The notes: generated by a model not told the origin, from the sequence alone. A stretch of DNA of 63,888 nucleotides, filler included, from Globobulimina sp. (GCA_003354225.1; 46 parts of 46 records of this genome joined end to end with filler, not necessarily neighbours in it); one strand, 5' to 3'. Positions 50,524-63,551 are shown, numbered from the whole stretch's first letter. Translations and numbers: made by a program.

Positions 50524-51378
50524 TCAATCTTTCCAATATTTGTGTGCCCCATTATGAAAATGACGTAATGATTTAAAAAATATTTCTGTGAATATTTCTT
50601 GTGAGGAACCATAACAAGATCTGTACGAAAATTCACTCAGGTGTTGTTGTACTATTTTTATTCCACCGGATAAACCTTGCTTACTGGAAACTTTGTTTTT
50701 AAATCTTCCCCATAATCCTAAAATATCAAAACCAATTAATTAAATATTTATATTTATTTTAAATATAAATAAATATTTAACTTCGATTGCATTAGTACTG
50801 CCACCAGTTCGTTTGTCAACGAATATACGAGTTTTATGACAACATGTTCTGTGAGCAAATCCCAATTGGTTTAGTCTTGTATAAACCGAAGCAGAATCGG
50901 TATGAACACGTAAACCTGGACATATTGTTCTCATTATATATTGTGTTAGGGTTACACGTTTTACATTCGGAACCACAAACAACATACAAATTGAACCAAT
51001 CCTTGAACATATTCCAAATATAGTAACATTTTGATAAAATAGTCCAGAACAATATTTTCTTAACTTTCCAAGACTTGCTTCGTCTAAAGTAACGGCAGTA
51101 CTGTCTATTATTGTCGCAGGAAATTTTGTTGAAGTGTTATGTACCATAGAATCATAGCAGGGCATTTGATTTAATATGTTAAAATATCTCTGCTCACTTG
51201 TTTCTTTCTTGTTTAAATCCAAGCATGAACAATATTCTTTAGAATGAAATTGTATTGGTCTTAAAATCAAATGTCTATGACACACGGAACGAAAAAATCT
51301 GTATAAACGATATAACTTTGACCGTTCGATGTTATTTCGTAAGACAGATTTATAAACAATATGAGCGTCGATGTCGTT
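50524..51378 (-). mobile_element. Merlin / IS1595(ISXO2)-like DDE transposase with intron-like insertion 50718-50781
   Basis: VTLDEA, IFGI.SR, VHTDSASVYTRL, H....FVD..TG.STNAIE|GLWGRFK, HLSEFSYR. Confidence 0.88.
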
Positions 51379-51850
51379 NNNNNNNNNNNNNNNNNNNNNN
51401 NNNNNNNNNNNNNNNNNNNNNNTTAATTAATTAANNNNNNNNNNNNNNNNNNNNNNNNNNNNNNNNNNNNNNNNNNNNCGATTATATTTGGCAGCAAACC
51501 GGTTATTATTATTGGCATTTGATATGAATGTAGCATCAGATTCAAAATCCATATTAAATCTTGGAATTGAATCAATTTGCATTTTTGTAGATAATGAGTA
51601 AACAGATTTGTTTTGGACCACTTTGTTTACAATGTGTTAACAAAGGAGGCCATGCTTTGAGGAATCTGGTGTGTTGTTGCAATTTTCAAATATATTTTGT
51701 TTTTTTTCAAAAACTCTATCTTTAACTCAACTCTAAATCAGTTAATCACCCTCACGTGCTTTTTTTTTTTAATAATATATTTAATTAAATTAAATACGTG
51801 CTTTATTCAATTAAATTAATCAGTAACTATCCAAACCTTCAAATAATATC

Positions 51851-52768
51851 ATGTGTTCTCCTTTTGCGTGTTTTTCCAATAACAATACCAACGCCAACAA
51901 TTTACAACTAAACCACAGTAATAAATCCATTGAAAAACGTATGAGATCCGCGCAAAAAATGGAAGAAAAAACAATTAGATTATTATTATTAGGGCCAGGA
52001 AGCAGTGGTAAAACAACCATTGTAAAACAAATCAAAAAAATCCATTCCAAAGATGATGAATCCGACCGTCAGGACAGAGAGAAAATTGCCTCCTCTGTGA
52101 AACAAGCAGTGATTGAATATATGCAAATATTATGCCAACAATCTGTGATTTTACACGAAAACCATAATGAAAATACATTAGTCCGTCCTGAAAATGAATA
52201 TGTACGAAACGAAATGGCTGAATTAACAACGCCATGCATGTTAACACCCGATATTGCAACAAAAATGCAAATGTTATGGAATGATGATGGTATTAAACAA
52301 ACCTTATCCAAACGACATCATTTTCAAATTCATGACAATGTGGAGCATTTTTTCAATAAAATTGATCAAATATCGGCCACTGAATATGTGCCTGACTTTG
52401 ATGATTATTTAAGGTGCGACATACCAACAAATAACAAATACAGATGTCGTTATTCTTGTTTTTTTATTTTAAATATACAGATTTCGTCAGAGAACAACAG
52501 GCTTTTCTCAAACAAATGTTGTTATGAACATTGGTTGTTTTGGTGAATATCAATTTGAATTTACAGGTACGTATATTTATATTATGTGGTCAGCTCTGAC
52601 TGTCCGAAGTGTACATGCATTGAATATAACATTAACATTAATAACATACATGGACAGATGTCGGAGGCCAGCGATCTGAACGCAAGAAGTGGATGCGATT
52701 CATCTCCGAGGATATCAATGCCGTGTTGTACATATTGGCCATTTCTGACTATGATTTGACTCTTTTCG
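51851..52768 (+). CDS. Divergent G-protein alpha subunit, 3'-partial, introns 52414-52480 and 52567-52657
   Basis: [44 protein letters not shown]. Confidence 0.95.
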
Positions 52769-53082
52769 NNNNNNNNNNNNNNNNNNNNNNNNNNNNNNNN
52801 NNNNNNNNNNNNTTAATTAATTAANNNNNNNNNNNNNNNNNNNNNNNNNNNNNNNNNNNNNNNNNNNNACATTTTCCCCATCAAACCTTTTGATCAAGGA
52901 ATTTGTAATTTTCGAACCTATTGAAAATCGCCACTGCGCGATACCCGCAATCGACCATTACATTGATTACAACGCTATAGAATCGTTGCTACAGCCATAC
53001 CTAAAAAAAAACAACAAACAAATCCAAACAAAATCTAAAAACAAGTAACATAAAACACAAAACAAAGTCATCAAAATAAAAA

Positions 53083-54158
53083 ATGACAGACATACTAGCA
53101 ACACCAGACGAGACATCCAATATAAACAACAAACCCCCGCTCTCCAACGGGTCGCCCTCTGTGGCCACCACCATCTCATCCTCTCCATCCTCCGACAAAC
53201 AAGCCACCAAACCCACCACCATGCCGGTTTCACGCAAAATAAGATTACAACAAATGTTATGGCACAGTTTAATGGAAGCCAAGGGTGAAATTGTGGGCGT
53301 GACCAAAACCAATGGCGATACCTATTCAGGCGTCCTATTTGCCATAGAAGCCGCCGATAACGACACCATTGACGACCCAAATGCCATTGACAACGACACT
53401 GAAAATACCAACGCCGCCTGGAAATACATCGTATTGAAATATGTACAAAAAATGTCAGACCCAAACATGAATCCATCAGAGCGTATCCGTGCGCCGTTCG
53501 AGGAGGAATTGAAAATCCCCGCCAGTGATTTCGCAGCGTTGTCTGCTATAAATATCACCGACCACACCAACAGTTATCGCCGTAGTAACCGCCAAGCCTT
53601 CAACGATGCGTCGGGCACCAAATTGCATCGCAAACAGCGAGAGTTGGTGCGGTGGGAAGCCATTGATGCGGATGCCGGCGACTTGGAGAACGAGGACGAT
53701 TTGAATGATTTACGCAACGGTGATTATGACCAATTCAAAGCAAACGAGAAATATAATATCAACGCGACCTTTGATGAAAATTTGTACACTTCTAATTTAG
53801 ACAAAACTAACCCGAATTATTCAAGGAATTTGAAGGAAGCGAAGATCCGCGAACAGCATATTATGTCGCAAGCCACGGATAATAAGCACGTGGCGGACGA
53901 CCGAGCGTATTATAATGCGCATAATCAGCACAATATGCATATGGATAAAGATGAGGATGAGGAAGATGCGTATTCGAGGGTGTTGCATGAGGCGTCATTG
54001 TCGAAGCAGTCATTGAAGGACTCAAAGAAGAAGAATTCCTACGTCGCTCCTCATATGCGAGGGAAACCAAATAGTAACACACAGGTTTTGTTTATTTATC
54101 CTTGCACTCACATGATTTGATAAAAACGCATGAATACATACATAGAATCAAGGCAAGA
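53083..54158 (+). CDS. Ataxin-2/Pbp1 family protein (Lsm + LsmAD), 3'-partial
   Basis: NGDTYSGVL; RELVRWE; YDQFKANEKYNINATFDENLYT.LDK..H.ADDR..DEEDAYSRV. Confidence 0.9.
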
Positions 54159-54258
54159 NNNNNNNNNNNNNNNNNNNNNNNNNNNNNNNNNNNNNNNNNN
54201 NNTTAATTAATTAANNNNNNNNNNNNNNNNNNNNNNNNNNNNNNNNNNNNNNNNNNNN

Positions 54259-54506
54259 CCATAAGTGTTAGATCGTTCAGCATCGACCTCTTCAATGGAT
54301 AATACCCATCTTGTCGATATTCGCCAGACTTTTAATGGTAGAACAGCAAGATATAAATATACATTTCCACTGTACCCTCCATCCCCTCCATAAAATTTCA
54401 AATACCATTGGAAACCACATAAATTAAATATTGGACTTTGAACTTTACCTTTTTTCAGTTTACGTAGAGTTCCATTTTTTATTTGCCATGTATAAACTTC
54501 AGACAT
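54259..54506 (-). CDS. MATH-domain protein, 3'-partial
   Basis: YTWQI..SPIFNLCGFQWYLKFY..VYLYL. Confidence 0.75.
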
Positions 54507-54626
54507 TTGTGTGAAAAAACTTCTTACTGACTACTAAATTAAAACTTCATTTTTTTCCTCCTACTACTATCCACTACACCAGGTCAGGTGACCACATGGT
54601 AACAAGTTAATCGGTATAATATCATA

Positions 54627-55548
54627 TCACATGTTTCTAAACCACTTGTCTTCAACTGGTTTGATTGCGAAATTCGCCAAAGCACCAATACCCAACACAC
54701 ATCCCATTGCTTGAAATGCAGAATTGTAGAGATACGGTGTTGGGTCTATCACATTATCGTTACATATTTCTAACACGGACGATATTTTTATAGCATTTGC
54801 ATCAATCAATGACTGTATATCCTTTATTCCGATACCAAATTTATCCATAAATGCTTGCTGGTCACATTTATTGCCTAAATCTATAATTGCATTTATCTCT
54901 CGTTTCTCTCTTAATTTTGAAAATATTGTTGGTCCAGCAATTGCAGCAATACTCGTTGCAATCATAACTCGGCCATGAATTGATGCAACATTTTTCAGTC
55001 CGAACAAATCGCCTTCGTATGCTGGCATTGTTGAATAGCCCGCACCAAAAAAGCTGATAATTAACATTGTTGATGTATAGAACATAACAATTGGAGCAAA
55101 TGACGCCGTATTACTCACAGAATAGGACACAATCCATGGCAATAATACATACAATGGAGCACCAATGCATGTAAACATAGCAAATGTATTTTTCCTTCCA
55201 ATTTTATCAGACATTGAGGCCCAAATAAATCTACCACTCACATTGCCCACACTTAATAACTGTACGTAGCTGGCAGCAAATGCAGCGATGCCAATTCCAT
55301 TCAAATTGCATTGTACAAAACATGTATTCAACACATCCTTAGCACACGACATCAATCCCATACCTACAGTACCTGTCGACAACAACGTAGTAAAAACCAA
55401 CCAAAATTGTGGCGTTTTCATCACATCATCAACAGACACAAAGATATCTGCTTTTGCAGACTTTGCAGCATCACTTTGTGCAGTAACAACTGTCGAGTGA
55501 GGCAATTTATACATTGCTGCACTGATCAACATAGTCACCAAATATCCT
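54627..55548 (-). CDS. MFS transporter (oxalate:formate antiporter-like), 5'-partial
   Basis: KTPQFWL, NVSGRFIWASMSDKIGRK, PAYEGDLFG.KNV.SIHG. Confidence 0.88.
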
Positions 55549-55648
55549 NNNNNNNNNNNNNNNNNNNNNNNNNNNNNNNNNNNNNNNNNNNNTTAATTAA
55601 TTAANNNNNNNNNNNNNNNNNNNNNNNNNNNNNNNNNNNNNNNNNNNN

Positions 55649-56628
55649 TCTGTTGTATTCCCATCGAATATATGATCGAAATATAATGGATCTTCAAATC
55701 TATTTTTAATTTTGTAATAAATATAAAAAAATATCAATAAATATGTAATCTCTTCGTATATTGGATAATTGTCATCATTATAAGAATGATGCAACGCAAA
55801 CGATAACAAATCAGATTGTAATCGTAAGTCAGAGTGCAATATAAAATGTGGTGATATCAATAACCGAGATACAATGTTGATGGTTGGAATTGAATATTGA
55901 TAAAATTCAGTGATTTCGAAGAAAAAATCATCAAATTGATTTTGATGGGGATACGAACACGAACGCCGTCCAAAAATGCGATCAATTACGACTTGAAATG
56001 TGGATAAAAATTCGAACCATGGATCTTCCATAAAATCGACGATCATCAATGCAATATCATCAATCACTAAATTTTGTATTTCTTTAATAATTAAAGTTCT
56101 TCTACAAAAAAATTTGTATTTCATCTTTGTACCGTATTTCTTAAGTTGCTCAATATAATTATCCATAAAATATAACAACATTTTATTCTTTTTATCTACC
56201 TCATTCATAACAATTCTACCATGATACAATGAGCCTAAACATGAAAATATGGTGAAATACATGACTATTTTCATAAAATGTCTGTAATATTTCTTCCATA
56301 AAACGCAATTTATTACATTTAACGCATCATTGGCAATATCAATCAAAGCCAAAATATACCACACTGCTATATCGAGTTCAATTTTACCATTACCGACAGC
56401 ATCAAATATTTGCATAATTTTATTGTTGATAATGTTTACAATTTCATTTTCCTTCAAATTAGTAGCAGTAAACTCGTTTGATTTTTTAAATGCGATGGTA
56501 TCACCATGTTTGTTGCCAAGAGTCGAAATACAACATTTTGTGTGGTATTCTCGTGGTATAGGAGAGGAATCCACCAATCTCTCATGACTCACCAATTGAT
56601 ATCCTGCATTTTGGGAAGACATCATCAA
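55649..56628 (-). CDS. Hypothetical membrane protein, 3'-partial
   Basis: ORF of about 325 aa with hydrophobic segments. Confidence 0.55.
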
Positions 56629-57038
56629 ACTAAAGTTTTTTGTAGTAGATACTTGACTGAATGTTTTGACTTAAGTGCAACAGATAAAATGAAGGTAAAT
56701 ATATCACTCACAAAAGCAAACAGATAAATTACTGTGAAATACAAATCAAAATATCGAATTATAAAAAGAAAAAAAAAGTAGAAAAAAACATACAAAATAG
56801 CGAAATGAAATAAACAGTACATAACATACATAATATTAATACAATTAATCAAAAATAAAATAATATAAAAATATCAATCATTGTCTTTAACATTAATTTT
56901 TGTCCTCCGCGTTATTTTCGAATTCCTTTTTGGTTTTCNNNNNNNNNNNNNNNNNNNNNNNNNNNNNNNNNNNNNNNNNNNNTTAATTAATTAANNNNNN
57001 NNNNNNNNNNNNNNNNNNNNNNNNNNNNNNNNNNNNNN

Positions 57039-57350
57039 ACCACCATTCCCAACACATTAACAACAATTCAAAATAAGGTAAATACTGCAGTCACCGACGT
57101 TGGAACCACCATTCCCAACACATTAACAACAATTCAAAATAAGGTAAATACTGTAGTCACCGACGTTGGAACCACCATTCCCAACACATTAGCAACAATT
57201 CAAAATAAGGTAAATACTGTAGTCGCCGACGTTGGAACCACCATTCCCAAAACATTAGACGACATAGTCACCGACGTGCGCTCAACAATTCCCAACACAT
57301 TAGACGGCATAGTCACCGACGTTGGAACCAGAATTCCCAACACATTAACG
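57039..57350 (+). repeat. Coding tandem repeat: three 66-bp units then 45-bp units
   Basis: Units start at 57039, 57105, 57171, 57237. Confidence 0.95.
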
Positions 57351-58304
57351 TCAATTACCGGTAAGATCGAGAGTGTTGCAACCGATGTGGTAACCGGTGT
57401 GGCGGATGAGTTAGGAAATCTGTTTACTGATTTTACGGATGCACTCGATGATATGAGCGGGTTTTTTAATAATATTGTAGGCGACGTCCAATCACAGATA
57501 AATAAATTAAAAGGCGAGTTTAAGGATTTGGCTACTGTTTTTGATACAAATTTAGGTAATATCGATATAGATCCATTCCTTAAATCCATCTTAAATTCAA
57601 ATGTGTTGCCCCAGGAATGGTTGGATCTCATACCAGATATTGTTCAATTTCTTGCAGATAATGCGGGCCAGTTACTCGATTCCAGCATTCCATCGGTTGT
57701 CAGAAGAAGACGGCGGTTAAGCAGCAGATCACGAACAAGTCAGGTTATTATTATTATATTACGCAATTAATTATATACAAAAACGAGCGTAGGTTTCCTA
57801 AACATACAAAAACGAAATTGGGCAACTATCTAGCAACTATTTAGGAAACCTAGGCTCATAAAAACCGCACTAATTTTCAAATAATTTTTTTCTGTTACAA
57901 CAAAAGCAGAGACGATTACAAGGCGAATGTGTGTTTGGCGGGAACTCTATTTGCAGCGAAACCACTGCTGAATACTCATCAGGAATAACTTATTCCGGCT
58001 ATGTAACTGATTTGGTGCATATTGGGACGATTTTAATGTCGCTAAAAAACTTTATTCGAATGGTCAGATTTACACTGTGCTGAAGCTCTATGCCCGAATA
58101 TTTAGTATAATCAGAGACTATGTAGACATAGCGGATGATCTTTTGGAATCTTGCATTACACTCAAAGAAGGTAAATGCGCCATTCATGTGGTAACAAAGG
58201 GAGTGTTGATTGGACTCTTTAGCACTGCTATATGGGTCGTGGAGTTTTTCTCGGAAGCTTATGATATTCACGACGGCATGTTGCAGGCCACCCAAAGGAC
58301 ATAG
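57039..58304 (+). CDS. Repeat-containing protein, 5'-partial, intron about 57744-57909, possible frameshift about 58020
   Basis: Open frame TTIPNTLTTIQNKVNTVVTDVG repeats, RRRRRL motif, splice to RRLQGECVFG. Confidence 0.6.
57785..57857. mobile_element. 73-bp MITE-like element inside an intron
   Basis: 18-bp TIRs GAGC(G/C)TAGGTTTCCTAAA, flanked by ACAAAAAC / ATAAAAAC (8-bp near-TSD). Confidence 0.75.
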
Positions 58305-59103
58305 AAACTGTTTTTTTTGATCCTACTGNNNNNNNNNNNNNNNNNNNNNNNNNNNNNNNNNNNNNNNNNNNNTTAATTAATTAANNNNNNNNNNNNNNNN
58401 NNNNNNNNNNNNNNNNNNNNNNNNNNNNATAAATAGTAATAAAGTGTCCATCAAACAATTAAATATATACACAAATTATTGGTATATACATGGCAGTACT
58501 TTGCACCGTACACATACTCACTGATCGAATTTGTTTAAAGCAAAGTTGGTTAAACAAGTTAGCAAATCAATTGATGTCAATGTGATATCAGATGAGTATG
58601 TGGTGAATTTGTCGAAAGATGTAATAAGCAATGGTTGGATATGACGATTAAGGGCAATTTATATTCTTTGGAATTGGCGTTGCTGTCAAAATTGATGGTG
58701 AATGAAAGTAGTATTTGTAAAATCAATTGGCAACAATATATGCTCTCTGAATCTGAAGCTATTCATCGATTATTTGCAGAAACTCGTGATCTTAAAGGAA
58801 ATGAAATGCATACAAGTTTTCCTAATATATCAGATCCCTATGAATACAGAAAATAATGACTCAAGAATAAAAACTGATATTGATTAAAGTTCAATGTCTA
58901 AAAATAATGACTAAAAACTCAGAAAATAATGACTAAAGTTCAATGTCTGAGAATGAAACTGATATTGATTGGAATAAACAACACATTGATGTGTGGCAAA
59001 TGAGAGTAAAAATTATATAATTGTAGTGGCCAACCCTTGACTCTTACCGAATTTGTAGATGTTAGTTGTTTAACTGACAAAAACCTCCCAGCAAACTATT
59101 TCA

Positions 59104-59718
59104 ATGATGGACAGACGGAGACTAAATTCCCAATCATTTGCTAGTAATAAAAACTGTAGCAACAATAACCAGCTCCACAGTCATAATAATATTCACAGCG
59201 GCAACAAAAACAGTAATAATAATGAATACAAAGATTGTGTTGTTCATATCACAAACAACATTGTTTTAACAGATGGGCAAAATAAAAAATTGCTTGACAT
59301 CTTAAACACAGTCACCACGCCACACCGCATACGACATCGACATCAACGACATAGAAACACAAAATCAAAATCAACAAACAAAAGAAAACGAAAACGGCAT
59401 ACAATTTCGGAGTGTAATGATTCTGACTCTGATTCTGTAAATGTACCAAACCGAGCTCCACCCAAAAAAAGACAAAAAGTGGCATCAAACGATGCAACAA
59501 CTGATGGTGATGATGATTTAATGTCAGAATTTGCAAAAACAAATCAAAAGAAGGATATTGAATGTAGTTGCGGCCATCCATTAATAGAAACAGATTCCAA
59601 GCATTATTATGAAGCCATTTGTGACTTATGTTGTAAAGAGAAATTACAATATTTTTATCATTGCCCATCAGAGGAGAACCATGAGGATGGATATGACATC
59701 TGTTATCATTGTGTATCA
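59104..59718 (+). CDS. Protein with C-terminal ZZ-like Cys/His zinc finger, partial
   Basis: CSCGHPL..ICDLC..FYHC..H..GYDICYHC. Confidence 0.65.
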
Positions 59719-59818
59719 NNNNNNNNNNNNNNNNNNNNNNNNNNNNNNNNNNNNNNNNNNNNTTAATTAATTAANNNNNNNNNNNNNNNNNNNNNNNNNN
59801 NNNNNNNNNNNNNNNNNN

Positions 59819-60114
59819 TCAAATTGTATTTGCATTGTTGCAATTATGTCGGTTCCTAGTCTCGATATTTCAAATAATGCATCATATATTGACTTCTCTT
59901 TGTTTTTGTATAATAAGATTTTCCATTCAAAATGTGTTTGGTAGAATAATAAACATAATGCAATTATGTCTGTCGGTATTATTACATTATAGCCATCACT
60001 GTGTTTTTGAATATAACCATATACTATTAATTCTTGACGCAATTTATCTGCTGCTTCAGTATCATCTGGCAATAATTCTGTTGCTCTCGATGTTTCCGCT
60101 AGTTTGTTGCCCAT
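59819..60114 (-). CDS. Hypothetical protein N-terminus
   Basis: MGN myristoylation-like start; LIVYGYIQ..IPTDIIALCLLFY motif. Confidence 0.55.
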
Positions 60115-60336
60115 GGTATGGTTTATTGATTTGAGAGGTAGAAGTAAGAAAATGTAGTTTTAACAAAGGAAACCAATTAACCAAACAAACAGAGTTTCAT
60201 TAATCCACAATGTAGAATCAATTATATGTAATGATCAAAACACAACACAAAAGTTTTTAAAAAACACAACACAAAAAAAAGACAGAAACAGATAACTGTA
60301 CAAGAACAAAAGAAATTTATTAAAACGGGTTCGAGC

Positions 60337-61108
60337 TCAATTTACACCCCGATTACTAGCCATATCACGCATAGCCTCTGAAACACCCGTCAATTTCGCA
60401 AACGCCTCCGGTCTGTTTTGTTTACACGCAGCTGGATCTTCAGCAAAACATACAAATATAGCCACAACGCCACTGGCTACAACCAATAATATAATAACCA
60501 CCACATAATATCCAAAAATACCGCCCAAAAACGCCAAATAAATGGATAAATACAAATCCTGATAATATGCTTGCGCCACAAAGAAACCAGCAACAGCACT
60601 CACAACCATACCCAATACAGCGCCACACGTAAGAGCTAAGCCGGATAAATCATCATTAATCAACGCCGAAAGTCCGTTACTCATAAATAAATCCCATGTT
60701 GCTTTCGCAGACTGCCAATACGAAGAACCATAAATAGCTGTGTAGAATTCATATATAATTCATATGTCTGATACGTATACATATATATATACATACCACA
60801 TTGGGCAAATGCATATTTATTGAAGTATCGCATCATTCGTTCAATACAGCCCAATATACAGGCAACGATGCAGCCACCTCTGCCGCCATTCGCTTTAAGC
60901 ATAGCACGAATGGCTTGCAAAATGGCCACCAATAATGAACCAAAACATACACTGCCAAAGGAGGTGGTCATCGTACGAATATATGCTGCTTTACTTGGAT
61001 TGAATAATACTCCGCTGTTAAAATACCAGGCGGCTGCTACGCCGCAGGTGGTTGTATGCGACACATTTCTCCATACATTGACACCCCAATACAATGATAT
61101 TAACAATA
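60337..61108 (-). CDS. Choline transporter-like / PNS1 family, 5'-partial, intron 60738-60796
   Basis: TTSFGSVCFGSLLVAI, YFNKYAFAQC|AIYGSSY..SAKATW, ALINDDL, FVCFAEDP. Confidence 0.92.
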
Positions 61109-61542
61109 NNNNNNNNNNNNNNNNNNNNNNNNNNNNNNNNNNNNNNNNNNNNTTAATTAATTAANNNNNNNNNNNNNNNNNNNNNNNNNNNNNNNNNNNN
61201 NNNNNNNNAGCATTATTTCGAAGCTGCATAAATTGCTGATGTACAATAGTACTTTGCTCCAGAAAATCCTGATGAAGTGAAGATAATGTAGTGCTTTGAT
61301 TCATAGGATTGCGTAACCCATTATTTATGTAATAATTGTTGATTTATTGCATTATATAATTTATATTATAGAGATTGTCAGTTGAATATTGATCTAATAT
61401 ATGGATCTAATGCTGTTCCGAAATTGAATATAATCAAATGATGATGTTATCGTTCCATATACTTTTATTGTTATCATTCCCACAGACTATAGTGTTTTAT
61501 ACTTCACTTCACAGTTGAAAACATCAATTTCATCTTTAAATC

Positions 61543-62498
61543 ATGTCGTTCACAAAGTTCAACTACACAAAAGAGAAAGTACAATGTCAAAAAAATGGAT
61601 CATGCATTGTGAATGTTGAGAAAGATGAGGTTTTAATGTTTAGTGGTTATGTTGAAATTCAATTAAAAACTGGCCGAATTGCAATTAATGGATATGTAAT
61701 TGATGCAAATGAATCAAAATCTTATAAGCTTTATAGTTCGCCATTTTGGAAACATAATTGTTTATCGATTGAATGTGTGGAAAACGCTCAAATTCTTTTT
61801 TCCCCATTTGACTTCAAATCAAAATATCGAATGAAACAATCGAAAACATGCGATCCTATTTTTAAAATTACTGGCTGTCATTTTATAATTAATAATGATA
61901 AACTTGACAATGGATATAAACCTTTATTAGTACCATTATCGTGGAAGAACGCCAGTACTCATTTGATGCAATCTCCTTTGTCGCCAAATGTAATAATGAT
62001 TTGTGGTCACACTCAAAGTGGGAAATCAACATTTTCTCGTTATTTAATAAACTGTTTCTTAAATAAATATCCAATGATTGCGTTTTTAGATTGTGATGTT
62101 GGACAAAGTGAGTTTTCCGCAGAAGGGATAGTATCAATTACAATGATTAAGCAGCCATTATTTGGAGCAGCGCACACACATTTACACCATATGAAGAACA
62201 GTGATAATTTCCAATGTTTTAAATCGTATTATTTTGGTAGTAATAATGCAATGGACGACCCATCATTTTATTTACAATGTATTCATAAATTATATTCAGA
62301 TTTTCATTCATTAAATGACACTGCGAATATTCCATTAATTGTAAACACAAACGGTTGGACCAAAGGTTTGGGCGCAAATATGTTGTCCTCGTTAATTATT
62401 CATTTATCACCAAATCATTTAATCGAAATTTACCTGGAAAATCAAGCATTATTTGCTGGCGTTGAGATGGATTATTTATATCAAGCAAAAAAAATCTT
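61543..62498 (+). CDS. NOL9: Polynucleotide 5'-hydroxyl kinase NOL9/Grc3 (Clp1 family), 3'-partial
   Basis: ICGHTQSGKSTFSRYLIN, LDCDVGQSEFS, PLIVNTNGWTKGLG. Confidence 0.88.
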
Positions 62499-62598
62499 NN
62501 NNNNNNNNNNNNNNNNNNNNNNNNNNNNNNNNNNNNNNNNNNTTAATTAATTAANNNNNNNNNNNNNNNNNNNNNNNNNNNNNNNNNNNNNNNNNNNN

Positions 62599-63053
62599 CA
62601 ATAAGTGTAGTTATCCACATAAAATGGCAAATTATCATCACTCAAAGGTATGATTGTCCAATCTGCATTGAAATACTTCCATGATTTCAATACAATTTGT
62701 GGTATTTTTGGCGCATTCTGCCATCCCTGAAACCATAATATCCATATTATTTTGATGCTATGTTCAGGTTTGTTTGGTATATTGTAGTCATTGTACACAT
62801 TGTTTTGCTGATCGATGAGTTTCTTTTGTGTCAGTAGTAAATGTTGCAACTCTTCAATTTGTGCATTCGCTTCATTGTATTGTGTGCGTAAGAGTTGCAT
62901 GTTTGATTTCAATTGTTTTATTAACTTGTTATCATTTGCTGGAGTCAAGTCAAACTTTTCTTGCGAGTAGACATGTTTACACTGCCGGCTACTGCTCAAA
63001 CAAGTTTTCGTAATATACAGTGACAATGACACCAATTTTCGCAAAACCACCAC
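62599..63053 (-). CDS. Capsular-polysaccharide-synthesis/GT32-like glycosyltransferase, partial
   Basis: KIIWILWFQGWQNAP..LKSWKYFNADW.I..L.DDNL. Confidence 0.8.
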
Positions 63054-63073
63054 AAAATGATGCGGGATAATCC

Positions 63074-63108
63074 TTGGGACAATGACACCACTTGGGACAA
63101 TGACACCA
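63074..63108. repeat. 17-bp direct tandem duplication CTTGGGACAATGACACC(A)
   Basis: Two adjacent copies plus a partial copy at 63022. Confidence 0.8.
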
Positions 63109-63551
63109 AGTGTTCCCGCCGGGATTCAAATTGCATATTGCAGTTGATTTTGGAACAGACGGATTGGGTATGAAATATGACTGATTTTTTATGCAAACAT
63201 GTGACACTCTCAGTGTCTTTATCGATGAATATTTAACCAAATGAAGCAGGAACAACGCCAAAAAATCTACAATATAACTTTCCCAGCATATTCATTTAAA
63301 ATATTTAAATATTACAATGTTTTATTTGTAGTATATATATAATATATATCAACTGCATCAAACATGGATGCTTCAAAATGGATTGATATATTGAAGATAA
63401 TTAATAGTGATTTGTTAGATTTTTTTGGCGTTGTGTGGTCTGTCGTTTGTTTAAAATATTTGGTAAAAATTATTACCTGAATATACAGTTTTTTATAGAT
63501 TCCGTTTTTTATAAAGTCATGAATATAAAAAATTGTTAATATAATATATAG

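Noticed and set aside
47637-52768. G-alpha / ADO / G-alpha gene cluster
   Set aside because: The genes are on separate contigs that are adjacent only through length sorting
58845-58970. Shuffled short duplications (AAAATAATGACT, AAAGTTCAATGTCT, AAACTGATATTGATT)
   Set aside because: Local slippage or assembly noise with no regular repeat-spacer structure
1293-62598. Regularly spaced TTAATTAATTAA palindrome as a CRISPR-like array or nanochromosome/telomere boundary
   Set aside because: Always embedded in exactly 44+44 Ns, cuts genes mid-frame and has stops in six frames: an assembly linker
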